Below are positions 10,593 to 19,551 of a stretch of 32,000 bases of DNA, piece by piece (positions within the stretch are counted from its first letter, which is position 1; each line of letters starts with the position of its first letter). Source of the stretch: Wolbachia endosymbiont of Cimex lectularius (lineage in GTDB: Bacteria > Pseudomonadota > Alphaproteobacteria > Rickettsiales > Anaplasmataceae); the NCBI RefSeq assembly GCF_000829315.1, contig NZ_AP013028.1, positions 930,001-962,000 on the forward strand. Reading direction: 5' to 3'. A program made the translations under genes and the position numbers. The notes beneath the pieces are model-generated. The model was not told the DNA's origin, ran no database searches, and saw only the letters and a program-made list of their open reading frames with translations.

Positions 10593-10742
10593 GGCATAAC
10601 CCTAATAGGACTATTTGTATAAGCCATGTGTGAAATCAAATTATTTATATAGTAATATAAAAGGCAACAAAGTGCAAACAAAAAACGTTGACAAAAGACA
10701 ACATGTTTATTAACTTTAAAGTCAGAAACGCTAAAAGGAAAT

Positions 10743-10816
10743 GGGGGTGTAGCTCAGTTGGTTAGAGCGCATGCCTGTCACGCATGAGGTCGTGAGTTCA
10801 AGTCTCATCACTCCCG
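10743..10816 (+). tRNA. tRNA-Asp (GTC)
   Basis: GGGGGTGTAGCTCAGTTGGTTAGAGCGCATGCCTGTCACGCATGAGGTCGTGAGTTCAAGTCTCATCACTCCCG; anticodon loop CTGTCAC. Confidence 0.95.
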
Positions 10817-10978
10817 TATATAACTTCTAGCACAATCTAAGTTCGTTATTTATTTTACCCTATTCCGGTGTATGGCAGCACAATGAATTGCGGCATAATG
10901 TTGGAAAACCTCATTGGACTTTCTGCATAACTTAAACTAGTAATAGGACAAATTAAAGGTACCGTTTTGCCAGTCAAT

Positions 10979-11166
10979 AATGGTGTCATTCCAGCACGTG
11001 ACGCTAGATCCAATTTTTTGGCAAATTCATTCAAAAATGTTGTATAATGTACTTGTTTACGATCAATTTTGCTGGATCTCAGTGTCATCTACTTGCATAA
11101 CATTGTTTGCTATGTAAATTGTCCCTAAATTAAAACATTTGCACAATAACATGTTGGAATGACACA
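10979..11166. repeat. Degenerate MITE-like palindromic repeat, copy D
   Basis: Begins GGTGTCATTCCAG and ends TTGGAATGACACAAG; internal GCTGGATCTCAGTGTCATC is a decayed version of the hairpin arm in copies A-C. Confidence 0.5.
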
Positions 11167-11188
11167 AGGTTTGCGTTTATAAATTAAG

Positions 11189-12307
11189 TTGATTATGCTA
11201 AAAGAATTTGAAATTGAACCTCTGCTAAAAGATAAATCTCCACATCAAACCAAAGCTGTGGTTGCAATGTCTGGTGGAGTTGATAGCTCTGTTGCAGCAG
11301 TATTGCTACATCATCTTGGGTACCAAGTAATTGGTGTGACTCTTCAGCTATATGGTAGTGATGGTAATGCTAACGCGAGAAAAGGTGCATGTTGTGCCGG
11401 ACAGGATATTTATGATGCCAAGCGCGTAGCTGAGAGTACTGGCTTTCCTCATTATATCTTAAACTATGAAGAAATATTCAAAAAGGAAGTGATAGAGGAT
11501 TTTGCAAATACCTATATGCGTGGGGAAACTCCTATACCATGCGTAAAATGTAATCAAACGGTAAAGTTTCGTGATCTATTGCAAGTTGCAAAAAATCTTA
11601 GTGCAGATGTGCTAGTTACAGGGCATTACGTGATAAGGTTGGAAAAGGATGGTGAGGTAAAGTTGTGCACAGGCATCGATAAAAGTAAAGATCAAAGTTA
11701 TTTTCTGTTTGCCACAACAAAGGAGCAGCTGAAGCTTTTGAGGTTTCCACTTGGTAAGTTCTATAAAAGCGATGTGAGAAAATTAGCAAAACATTTTGGT
11801 TTGCGAATTTCTGAAAAGCCAGACAGTCAAGATATATGCTTCGTTTCTGAGAGCTATAGTGAAACAATAGCTAAGTTAGCTCCACAGTCTGTGCAAAGAG
11901 GCAAAATTGTGGATATACATGGAAAAGTGCTGGGCGAGCACAACGGCATAGTAAATTTCACAGTGGGGCAAAGAAAAGGTCTGGGCATTGTACACAGCGA
12001 ACCCCTCTATGTGATAAAAATCAGTACAGAAAATAATGAGGTCATAGTAGGTCCAGTTAGCGCACTAATGCAAAGAAAAGTGTTGGTCAAGGAGCTGAAT
12101 TGGCTAGAGCAACCAAAGGAAGGCATGGAAGTAACTGTGAAGCTCCGGTCATCACACGCGGGGAGCTTAGCAACAATATACCCAGCCGCAGAACAAAATA
12201 AAGCTTGTATTATTTTGAACGATGATTACTTTGGCATCAGCCCCGGCCAAGCCTGCGTGGCATACAAAGATGACCAAGTTATCGGCGGTGGGTGGATATG
12301 TTCTTAA
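11189..12307 (+). CDS. mnmA: tRNA-specific 2-thiouridylase
   Basis: 372 aa; [55 protein letters not shown]. Confidence 0.97.
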   Translation: MIMLKEFEIEPLLKDKSPHQTKAVVAMSGGVDSSVAAVLLHHLGYQVIGVTLQLYGSDGNANARKGACCAGQDIYDAKRVAESTGFPHYILNYEEIFKKEVIEDFANTYMRGETPIPCVKCNQTVKFRDLLQVAKNLSADVLVTGHYVIRLEKDGEVKLCTGIDKSKDQSYFLFATTKEQLKLLRFPLGKFYKSDVRKLAKHFGLRISEKPDSQDICFVSESYSETIAKLAPQSVQRGKIVDIHGKVLGEHNGIVNFTVGQRKGLGIVHSEPLYVIKISTENNEVIVGPVSALMQRKVLVKELNWLEQPKEGMEVTVKLRSSHAGSLATIYPAAEQNKACIILNDDYFGISPGQACVAYKDDQVIGGGWICS

Positions 12308-12377
12308 CTCAAAGGTCCCATTAGCGTTAGAACGCTTGCAGTACATGTTTTCATGAGCTGGAATAAATGTCCCAGCA

Positions 12378-13249
12378 TTATATAGACCTTCCACCTGCTT
12401 CTTGAGTTGGGAAAGTTTGGTTCATAAAGGTAAATGGAGTATCTAGTTTTTCAGTCAGTTTCATGGTTACACTATCATTTTTCTCAAGACTCTTGGCTAT
12501 GATATCTGCAACACTTTGTCCTTCGAGGAGACAGTTTTTGCCTAAGCTTTTTTTCTCTTCATCTTCTAACTGAGAAAACCTTGTTTTACTCTCCTTATCA
12601 ATCTCTACTTTTATTCCCCTATTCTCTGTTTTTCCATCCTTTGTTTCTGTACTGCTGGGGTATAAATGGATACTGATCTTCCCTACCTTAGTAATAAAAG
12701 ACATTTCAATGCTACCTTGTAAGACATCTGTATAGTTTCTTTTTTCATCTTTGTCTTCTTCAAATCTTACTATACTTTCTCCAATATGAAATATATAGTA
12801 TTTAAAATTTAATTCTTCTATTTTGAGATCATTTGTAACTTTTTTTAGACCATCTACAACTTTTGCAACCCCAATAGTGCTATCTTGCGGATATTTTGTA
12901 TAAAAATAACAGTTGTCTACATCTACTACTAGATCGTTTTTTTGAACCTGTGTATCCTTATTTACTATACCCCATATGCCGCACTTTTGAGCTTATTACG
13001 GATTTGTTTACGCTTTTCAATAAACTCAGACATATCTCCCCCTATCATCCTGCATAATCTTTCATGCTCATCATAAAAATTTGGTTTCAATTCTATTCTT
13101 CCACCATTTACAATTAACTTACGGACGATATTAACTACAGTTTTTGCATTATTTGGATCATCCAATGCGCTTGTACATGGACTACCACCAAGCTGGAAAT
13201 TCCTACTTGCTGCAGATGTGATAACAGGAACACGACTCAAAATATCTAA
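12378..13249 (-). pseudogene. Hypothetical protein remnant split by a frameshift and abutted by IS copy 1
   Basis: ORF 12965..13291 starts inside the IS and ends ...RNKLKSAAYGV*. An overlapping open frame continues QKCGIWGIVNKDTQVQKNDLVVDVDNCYFYTKYPQDSTIGVAKVVDGLKK...GSIE into MSFITKVGKISIHLYPSS... (12378..12704). Confidence 0.65.
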
Positions 13250-13305
13250 GAACCTGTTTAAAATCTTGGAAATGTGAGGTAAAGTAAGCATAGATTAATA
13301 ATGAG

Positions 13306-13626
13306 GTGTCTATGCAGAAAAGTTATCCAAGTAATATAAGTCAAGAGCAGTTTGAAAAAATCAGGCTAATTTTGGAGAGTAGCAAGCAGAAAATAAAACC
13401 AAGAAAACTTGATTTGTATGACGTATTTTGTGGGGTGTTGTACGTCTTAAAAAGTGGTTGTCAGTGGAGGATGTTACCAAAGGGTTTTCCAAGATGGGAA
13501 AGCGTATATTACTATTTTCGAGTGTGGAGTAAAAAGAATGGAGAAGAGCCAAACTTGTTGGAATTAGTCTTAAAAAAAATTAGTTGGAGAGGTCCGTATC
13601 AGCAATGGTCGGAAAGAGAAAACTAG
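13306..13626 (+). CDS. IS5-family transposase, first frame (DUF4096-like N-terminal part)
   Basis: 106 aa; KLDLYDVFCGVLYVLKSGCQWRMLPKGFPRWESVYYYFRVW, the N-terminal region of IS5-family transposases. Confidence 0.9.
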   Translation: MSMQKSYPSNISQEQFEKIRLILESSKQKIKPRKLDLYDVFCGVLYVLKSGCQWRMLPKGFPRWESVYYYFRVWSKKNGEEPNLLELVLKKISWRGPYQQWSEREN

Positions 13627-14101
13627 CTTTTGTATAATTGATTCTCAAAGCGTTAAAAACGCAGATACTGCTGAAAAAAAAGGTTATGATGCAGGTAAAA
13701 AGATTTCAGGGATAAAGCGCCATATTGCAGTTGATACACAAGGTTTGCCACATGCAATTTATGTAACAACGGCAGAAGCAACTGACCGTAGCAGTGCTGT
13801 GAAAATGGTCGAAAATGCTAAAGCAAACCTCTCTGAAGTTAAAAACATACTGGTTGATGCTGGCTACACAGGAGAAAATTTTGCAACACAAATAAAAGCT
13901 ATCATTGGTGCGACTGTTGAAGTAATAAAGCGAAGTGAGTTACACACTTTCGTCGTATTGCCAAAAAGATGGGTTGTTGAACGCTCTTTTGCCTGGTTAG
14001 AAAAGTGCAGGCGATTGTGGAAAAATTGCGAGCGGAAGCTCAACACTAGCTTACAGATGATAGTCCTCTCCTTCATTTCTCTCCTGTTACGAAGATTTTA
14101 A
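13622..14101 (+). CDS. IS5-family transposase, second (+1) frame with the DDE domain
   Basis: Open frame without its own early start: TSFCIIDSQSVKNADTAEKKGYDAGKKISGIKRHIAVD...VLVDAGYTG...VVERSFAWLEKCRRLWKNCE. The track lists only the ATG-initiated part, 13745..14101. Confidence 0.85.
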   Translation, partial: TSFCIIDSQSVKNADTAEKKGYDAGKKISGIKRHIAVDTQGLPHAIYVTTAEATDRSSAVKMVENAKANLSEVKNILVDAGYTGENFATQIKAIIGATVEVIKRSELHTFVVLPKRWVVERSFAWLEKCRRLWKNCERKLNTSLQMIVLSFISLLLRRF

Positions 14102-14147
14102 ACAGGTTCTAAGGTTACTCGGATGACACTAATATTGTGCGTCCATT

Positions 14148-15155
14148 CTACTGTGATACAGGTAGATCAATCTGTAAATTCTGCACATCCATAAAAAACA
14201 GACCTTCTTTCTCGTCTTGAATGCCGATGGTAGTGTGGGTGTTAAGAGGTAAGGGATCGTTTGTATACCCATGGCCTATTCCTTGAATTGTGAACACCGG
14301 AAAGTTGATACTTTTTGCAAATCTCTCTTTTACAATTTCAATAAGATTATCGTTACCGGAATCAGTAAAGCTACCAAAAATCACCGCTTGCACTTCATCG
14401 AAAATATGAGCTTGTTTTAGGTGATCTAAACTGCGTTCCATTTCGTATGGATAAACTCTTATGTCTTCCAAAAATAAAATTTTGCCTTTTGCATTTACTT
14501 GCCAAGCAGTTCCTACACTATTTTCAACTAAAGTCATATTACCACCAACAATTTTGGATTCTAATCTGCCGTTTTTTAGTTTAATGCTATTGTTAATTAT
14601 TTTTAAATTATCGAATCTAATAGAGCTGCGTTTGTTCAGAATTAACTCTTTTAATTTTTCAACAGAGCTTTCAGAAACGGAGTTATTTACTATCATTTCC
14701 AACATGGTACCGTGAAGAGTTTGCCAATCATATTTTGCTTGCAGGTAGATGTGCAAGGCAGTGATATCGCTATAGCCTATGAGAATTTTTTTATTTTGGG
14801 CAATTCTTTCTTTTTTATCATTGGGCAATCTTTCTAGATAAGGAATTAACCGAGAAGCTCCCGTTCCTCCTCTAATGCACCAAATTATTTTGCTATCGTC
14901 GGTTAAGGCGCTAATTAAATCATTTGCTCTGAATTCATCGGAGTTAGAGTAGAATGGATTATCGTTACTGTATATTTTCTCTGCAATATGGGGATAAAAA
15001 CCCAAGGCTTCCACATATTCTTTTATGGTAGTTAGATCTGACTCTTTTCCCTTCGAAGAAGGAGCAATAATATCAACTTGATCAACTGCACAGACACCCG
15101 TGTTAATACATAAAACAAGGATGAAGTATAAAATGTAAACAATAACGGAACGCAT
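14148..15155 (-). CDS. LD-carboxypeptidase (peptidase S66), exported
   Basis: 335 aa with signal peptide (VIVYILYFILVLCINTGVCA); DIIAPSSKGKESD, WCIRGGTGASRLIPYL, GYSDITALHIYL, ILFLEDI motifs. Confidence 0.88.
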   Translation of the reverse strand: MRSVIVYILYFILVLCINTGVCAVDQVDIIAPSSKGKESDLTTIKEYVEALGFYPHIAEKIYSNDNPFYSNSDEFRANDLISALTDDSKIIWCIRGGTGASRLIPYLERLPNDKKERIAQNKKILIGYSDITALHIYLQAKYDWQTLHGTMLEMIVNNSVSESSVEKLKELILNKRSSIRFDNLKIINNSIKLKNGRLESKIVGGNMTLVENSVGTAWQVNAKGKILFLEDIRVYPYEMERSLDHLKQAHIFDEVQAVIFGSFTDSGNDNLIEIVKERFAKSINFPVFTIQGIGHGYTNDPLPLNTHTTIGIQDEKEGLFFMDVQNLQIDLPVSQ

Positions 15156-15772
15156 TAAAATATCTTATAAAACTCTTTTTTTAGTATGTTCTCCAATTCA
15201 GAAAGTGAAACTTCAACTCCTAGTTCTTTCATTGATGTAACACCATAATCTTTCAGCCCACAAGGAATAATGCCTCTGTAGTGAGAAAGATCTGGAGAGA
15301 CGTTAAGTGCTATGCCATGGTAAGTTATCCATTTTCTTATACGAATGCCAAAAGCTGCTATTTTTTCTTCTACTCCGTTGTTATTTACCCAAATACCTAT
15401 TCTATCCTCTTTGAATTCTCCGGTGATATTAAAGTGCTTTAAAACATTTATGGTCCAATTACCGAGGTCTCTAATATATAGTCTTATATCGCATTTATTT
15501 CTTTTTCTGAGATCCAACATTAAATATATAATGCGCTGCCCCGGGCCATGGTATGTGTATTTACCACCTCTGCCTGTTTTATATACAGGAAATAATTTTT
15601 CAACAATGTCGTCATCTGTTGCACTGATCCCTGCTGTGTAAAGTGGAGGGTGCTGGAGCAGCCATACTAACTCATCAGATAAACTATCGTAAATTCTTTG
15701 AATTTTTGCTTCCATGAATTTTACGGCATGGTTATAATCAATAAGCTGATTAGATACTAGCCACTTTACCAT
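15155..15772 (-). CDS. lipB: Octanoyltransferase
   Basis: 205 aa; LLQHPPLYTAGISA, RGGKYTYHGPGQRIIYLMLDLR, GIRIRKWITYHGIALNVSPDL. Confidence 0.95.
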   Translation of the reverse strand: MVKWLVSNQLIDYNHAVKFMEAKIQRIYDSLSDELVWLLQHPPLYTAGISATDDDIVEKLFPVYKTGRGGKYTYHGPGQRIIYLMLDLRKRNKCDIRLYIRDLGNWTINVLKHFNITGEFKEDRIGIWVNNNGVEEKIAAFGIRIRKWITYHGIALNVSPDLSHYRGIIPCGLKDYGVTSMKELGVEVSLSELENILKKEFYKIF

Positions 15773-15858
15773 GTTCTGTTTCTACATTCTTTAAGTTTAT
15801 TGATGTATCCTCGTGTCACACGTAGTTATACGAACGTTTTTGGCTTGACCCAGCAGTA

Positions 15859-16000
15859 GGTGTCATGCAAGTAGCTAACACTGGAATCCAGAAATTTGAT
15901 TGTAGATAGCGCACTGAACTGGTGAGCATAGCTGTTTTACGCTAAAACGAACGTCTTTGATTAGATTGTATGAAAAGCTGGATCCCAGTGTCAAGCACAC
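15859..16000. repeat. MITE-like palindromic repeat, copy B (3' arm truncated)
   Basis: Starts GGTGTCAT; internal sequence CACTGGAATCCAGAAATTTGATTG...GTCTTTGA..AGATTGTATGAAAAGCTGGATCCCAGTGTCAAGCAC matches copy A; right arm is cut after CAAGCACA. Confidence 0.7.
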
Positions 16001-16044
16001 AACTGTACGAACATTGCAATTAGCAGGTAATTTGCGTAACAGAC

Positions 16045-16185
16045 GGTGTCATCCCAGTGCTCCGACACTGGGATCCAGCTTTTCCATAATCATCAAAACG
16101 TCGTATTTTAACATAAAACAGCTACTTTTATACTCACCAACTTAATAAAATTCCTGGATGCCAGTGTCAAGCACTGGCATGACAC
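16045..16185. repeat. MITE-like palindromic repeat, copy C
   Basis: GGTGTCAT...ATGACACC ends; hairpins ATCCCAGTG/CACTGGGAT (16051-16074) and ATGCCAGTG/CACTGGCAT (16158-16180). Confidence 0.75.
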
Positions 16186-16285
16186 CATCATAAAGGAACC
16201 AGTTGTCAACTACTCTGAATCATTAACATCTCGCATTAATTCTGCCGCAATTTCAAATTTTTAACAAACTTTTCAGGAGGCAAAT

Positions 16286-17470
16286 ATGAATCTCAATATC
16301 TTTCAAAGGAGAAAAGCACATAAATACTCTGCTTTGCAGCTCATAATGGAGCCAAGTTGGAGTGAGCGCAGTTATGCGAGTTTTGCTGAGGAAGGCTACG
16401 TCAAAAATGTTATTGCCTTTCGAGCAATCAACATGATTGCAAATGCTGCATCTTCAGTGCCTTTTATTCTCTACCGGCTTACTAATCAGGGAAAGTCACA
16501 ACTAAAAGTCCATCCGTTACTGAAGTTACTTTATTCTCCCAGCCCAATAACATCAAAATCGGAGTTTATTGAGGGAATTGTAACTCACCGATTAATCAGC
16601 GGCAATGCTTATGTGTTGATGATTGAGCCGAAAAACAATAGGAAACCGCCAACAGAGCTCTATCTTCTGCGCCCCGATAGAGTTGAGATTGTTCCTGGAA
16701 GGAATAACGTTCCTTATATATACCGCTACACTGTGAACAATAACAGTTATGACTTTAAGGTCAATAAGCTAACTGGACGTTCAGCAGTGCTACATCTTAA
16801 AACCTTCAATCCTTTGAGTGATTGGTATGGACTGTCACCAATTGAGGCAGCAGCATATAGTATAGATCAGCATAACCAAGCTGGCGCTTGGAATCAGGCA
16901 ATGCTGCAAAATGGGGCAAGACCAAGTGGCGCAATAATTGTAAAACCAGCAAAAGATGGGAGCAGTGGAAATTTAAGCCAGGAGCAGTATCAGCGCTTGA
17001 AAGAACAGATAAGCGATCATTACTCAGGCTCTGTCAACGCTGGAAGGCCAATATTGCTTGAAGGAGGCTTGGAATGGAAAGAAATGAGTCTATCGCCAAG
17101 AGATATGGATTTCATTGAGTCTAAACATAGCTCAGCTCGCGATATTGCACTGGCTTTTGGTGTTCCGCCGCAGTTGCTTGGCATACCAGGTGACAACACT
17201 TACAGCAATTTAGTCGAAGCACGCCTTTCCCTTTGGGAGCAGACGGTTTTGCCAACACTAGAAAACATCGTCTGTCACCTAAATTCTTGGCTGACACCAA
17301 GATTTGGTGAAGATCTGTGCTTGTCATACGACAAAGATGCAATAGAAATTCTCATGGAAAAGAGACAAAAGCTGTGGAAATACGTAGAAAACGCAAGTTT
17401 TATGACTCTCAATGAAAAAAGAGAAGCATTTGGCCTGCCGCCGTTGCCGGGTGGTGATGAGTTGGATTAA
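16286..17470 (+). CDS. HK97-family phage / gene-transfer-agent-like portal protein
   Basis: 394 aa; AFRAINMIANAASSVPFILYR, LISGNAYVLMI, LLRPDRVEIVPG, VLHLKTFNPLSDWYGLSPIEAA, AFGVPPQLLGIPGDNTYSNLVEARLSLWEQTVLPTLE. Confidence 0.92.
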   Translation: MNLNIFQRRKAHKYSALQLIMEPSWSERSYASFAEEGYVKNVIAFRAINMIANAASSVPFILYRLTNQGKSQLKVHPLLKLLYSPSPITSKSEFIEGIVTHRLISGNAYVLMIEPKNNRKPPTELYLLRPDRVEIVPGRNNVPYIYRYTVNNNSYDFKVNKLTGRSAVLHLKTFNPLSDWYGLSPIEAAAYSIDQHNQAGAWNQAMLQNGARPSGAIIVKPAKDGSSGNLSQEQYQRLKEQISDHYSGSVNAGRPILLEGGLEWKEMSLSPRDMDFIESKHSSARDIALAFGVPPQLLGIPGDNTYSNLVEARLSLWEQTVLPTLENIVCHLNSWLTPRFGEDLCLSYDKDAIEILMEKRQKLWKYVENASFMTLNEKREAFGLPPLPGGDELD

Positions 17471-17558
17471 AAAACCTTACTTTTAGTATTAATATATTTA
17501 TACTATTAATAGGTATTTTATATTTATGCAAAATATATTAATAAACTCAAGGTAAATT

Positions 17559-18029
17559 ATGAACAAAACACAACAAAGAGAATTAGATGAGCAGCTTTTT
17601 CATGCTGTTAATCAAGGAAATATAAAAGATGCTAAAAGATTAATAGAGACTGGGGCAAGTATTCATCCATTTTTTCTATATGAAGCTACTTGTGAAGAAC
17701 ACGAAAAGATGATAGAGCTTTTGCTTAAGGAGAGAGCAAATATTAATGTAGTAAATAGGAAGGGATTAACTCCTTTGGATTTTGCTGGTAGAAGTCAACA
17801 TGCTAACAGGATAGTTATGGCTAAGTTGATAGTAAATGAAATAGTAAGACTAGAAGTTCTTGGTTTCTATATAACTGAACGCAATTTAATGCTAGCAAAT
17901 GATTTTATAGACTCTTCTGGCGAAATACGTAACAATTTTTTGCAGCATCGTTCAAGCTGTGAGAAAGAAGTTGAGAAACTTGAAAAAGAAAATAAGCCGC
18001 ACATTATAAATGTGATTTCAAAACTATGA
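17559..18029 (+). CDS. Ankyrin-repeat protein
   Basis: 156 aa; LDEQLFHAVNQGNIKDAKRLIETGASIHPFFLYEATCEEHEKMIELLLKERANINVVNRKGLTPLDFAGR. Confidence 0.8.
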   Translation: MNKTQQRELDEQLFHAVNQGNIKDAKRLIETGASIHPFFLYEATCEEHEKMIELLLKERANINVVNRKGLTPLDFAGRSQHANRIVMAKLIVNEIVRLEVLGFYITERNLMLANDFIDSSGEIRNNFLQHRSSCEKEVEKLEKENKPHIINVISKL

Positions 18030-18271
18030 CATTTGCTGGTATAAAAAACTTTTTTAAAGTTCACAGTGGTAATTTTAAAGAAAAACTGGGAAATGGAGGA
18101 ATAACTCTGATTAACTTTGTAGATTTTGAAGATGTTGCAAAAAGACATACTCCTACACTAAAAGTACAGGCATTTGCAGAATTTGTAAGAAATAATGCAC
18201 CCAGCAGAAATCTTAGCAGTTCAAACGCTGAACAACACCTGGGGTTGTGGTTCTATTGTTCGATCCTTTAA
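18026..18271 (+). CDS. Small hypothetical ORF overlapping the ankyrin gene stop (ATGA overlap)
   Basis: 81 aa ORF; start overlaps the TGA of 17559..18029. No recognised domain; may be a decayed 3' extension. Confidence 0.35.
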   Translation: MTFAGIKNFFKVHSGNFKEKLGNGGITLINFVDFEDVAKRHTPTLKVQAFAEFVRNNAPSRNLSSSNAEQHLGLWFYCSIL

Positions 18272-18389
18272 TCACCCCATGTACATAGGCCCGTTGGGCC
18301 TATGCTTAAAGTATGGAACGGGCAGCAGAGTTGCCAGTAAAATAGCACTTTACTTTACGTAGAATTTGGATATCATTTGAAATATATTT

Positions 18390-19550
18390 TTGAAAATTAG
18401 TATGTCAGAGGTTGCGGGTGTAGAAATCAAAGAGCAAGCTGTGTGTGAGCAAATGTGTTTTAGCGTGAGCCGCGCAAGTCTTTTAAATACATTATCAAGA
18501 GTGAGCGGGGTGGTTGAAAGGCGTAACGCGATAGATGTTTTAGCATGTATAAATATCAAAGCACAACATGGCAGCATAAAACTAAAGGCTACCGATCTTG
18601 ACATTTCAATATTTGCCTCACTTGCTGTAAATGTGTCAGCGGAAGGAGAAGTAAAAATCTCAGCACATACTTTGCACGACATAGTGAAGAAGTTGCCAAT
18701 TGATTTGGATATTAATTTCGAAATGAACGATCAAGGGAAATTATTGATATCTTGTGGAAATGCAAACTTTTCTTTACCGAATGTAGTTTCAAATAACTTT
18801 CCTGTCCTTGAAGAAGGGGATCATAAATATGATTTTACTCTGCTGAGTGCAGATTTGGTAGACTTATTAACTAAAACGAAGTTTGCTGTATCACTAGATG
18901 ATACAAGATACAATTTGAATGGGATATACCTGCATACAGATGAGCAATTTCTGTACTGCGTTGCAACCGATGGTCACCGTTTATCACGTATAAAGAGGCC
19001 TAAACCTGAAAATATCAACGGCGAATTTGGTGTGACAATTCCACGTAAAACTGTCATGGAACTGCTAAAGGTATTGGATGATTGTAATGAAATTAATATA
19101 AAGCTCTCAGATAGAAAAATCAAATTCACATGTGGTGAGTATATTCTAATATCAAAATTAATAGATGGAACTTTTCCAGATTATAAAACTGTTATTCCGG
19201 CATCTCAAGATAAACAAATGGTTGTTGAGAGTGGTAAGCTAGCTAGCGTTATAGATCGGGTTTCCGTTGTTGTGTCCGATAAAATAAAATCCATTAGGTT
19301 TTCGTTACAAGAAAAATTATTAACTCTAAACTCAAACTCTCAAGAGTGCAGTGATGCAACTGAATCCATAGAGGTAGATTATAATGAAACTCCTATGGAA
19401 ATAGGGTTTAATTCACGCTATTTGCTTGACGCTTTATCTTGCATAAAAAACAAATGTAAGTTTAGCTTGTCAGATGGCAATGGTGCTACAATTATCACTG
19501 ATGAAGATGATCCAAATGCATTGTATATAGTAATGCCAATGAGGACTTAA
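18390..19550 (+). CDS. dnaN: DNA polymerase III subunit beta (sliding clamp)
   Basis: 386 aa; SVSRASLLNTLSRVSGVVERRN, TDLDISI, FAVSLDDTRYNLNGIYLHTD, VATDGHRLSR, C-terminal YIVMPMRT. Confidence 0.97.
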   Translation: MKISMSEVAGVEIKEQAVCEQMCFSVSRASLLNTLSRVSGVVERRNAIDVLACINIKAQHGSIKLKATDLDISIFASLAVNVSAEGEVKISAHTLHDIVKKLPIDLDINFEMNDQGKLLISCGNANFSLPNVVSNNFPVLEEGDHKYDFTLLSADLVDLLTKTKFAVSLDDTRYNLNGIYLHTDEQFLYCVATDGHRLSRIKRPKPENINGEFGVTIPRKTVMELLKVLDDCNEINIKLSDRKIKFTCGEYILISKLIDGTFPDYKTVIPASQDKQMVVESGKLASVIDRVSVVVSDKIKSIRFSLQEKLLTLNSNSQECSDATESIEVDYNETPMEIGFNSRYLLDALSCIKNKCKFSLSDGNGATIITDEDDPNALYIVMPMRT

Positions 19551-19551
19551 G

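Larger units (their letters stand above)
13250..14109 (+). mobile_element. IS5-family insertion sequence, copy 1 (860 bp)
   Basis: Terminal inverted repeats GAACCTGTTTAAAATCTT...AAGATTTTAAACAGGTTC; 3-bp duplication TAA at 13247-13249 and 14110-14112; transposase in two frames. Confidence 0.92.

Noticed and set aside
10855-11088. 77-aa minus ORF
   Set aside because: Covers the degenerate repeat copy D; no protein-like features.
12167-12394. 75-aa minus ORF
   Set aside because: Overlaps the mnmA C-terminus antisense; shadow ORF.
13361-14076. Antisense ORFs inside the IS copies (also at 20451-21167 and 23825-24541)
   Set aside because: Shadow frames repeated in all three copies because the IS is repeated; not independent evidence of coding.
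15957-16145. 62-aa ORF
   Set aside because: Lies across two palindromic repeats; not convincing as coding.
17867-18148. 93-aa minus ORF antisense to ankyrin ORF / small ORF
   Set aside because: No motif, overlaps more plausible plus-strand frames.
18350-18682. 110-aa minus ORF at the dnaN start
   Set aside because: Antisense to the conserved dnaN coding region.
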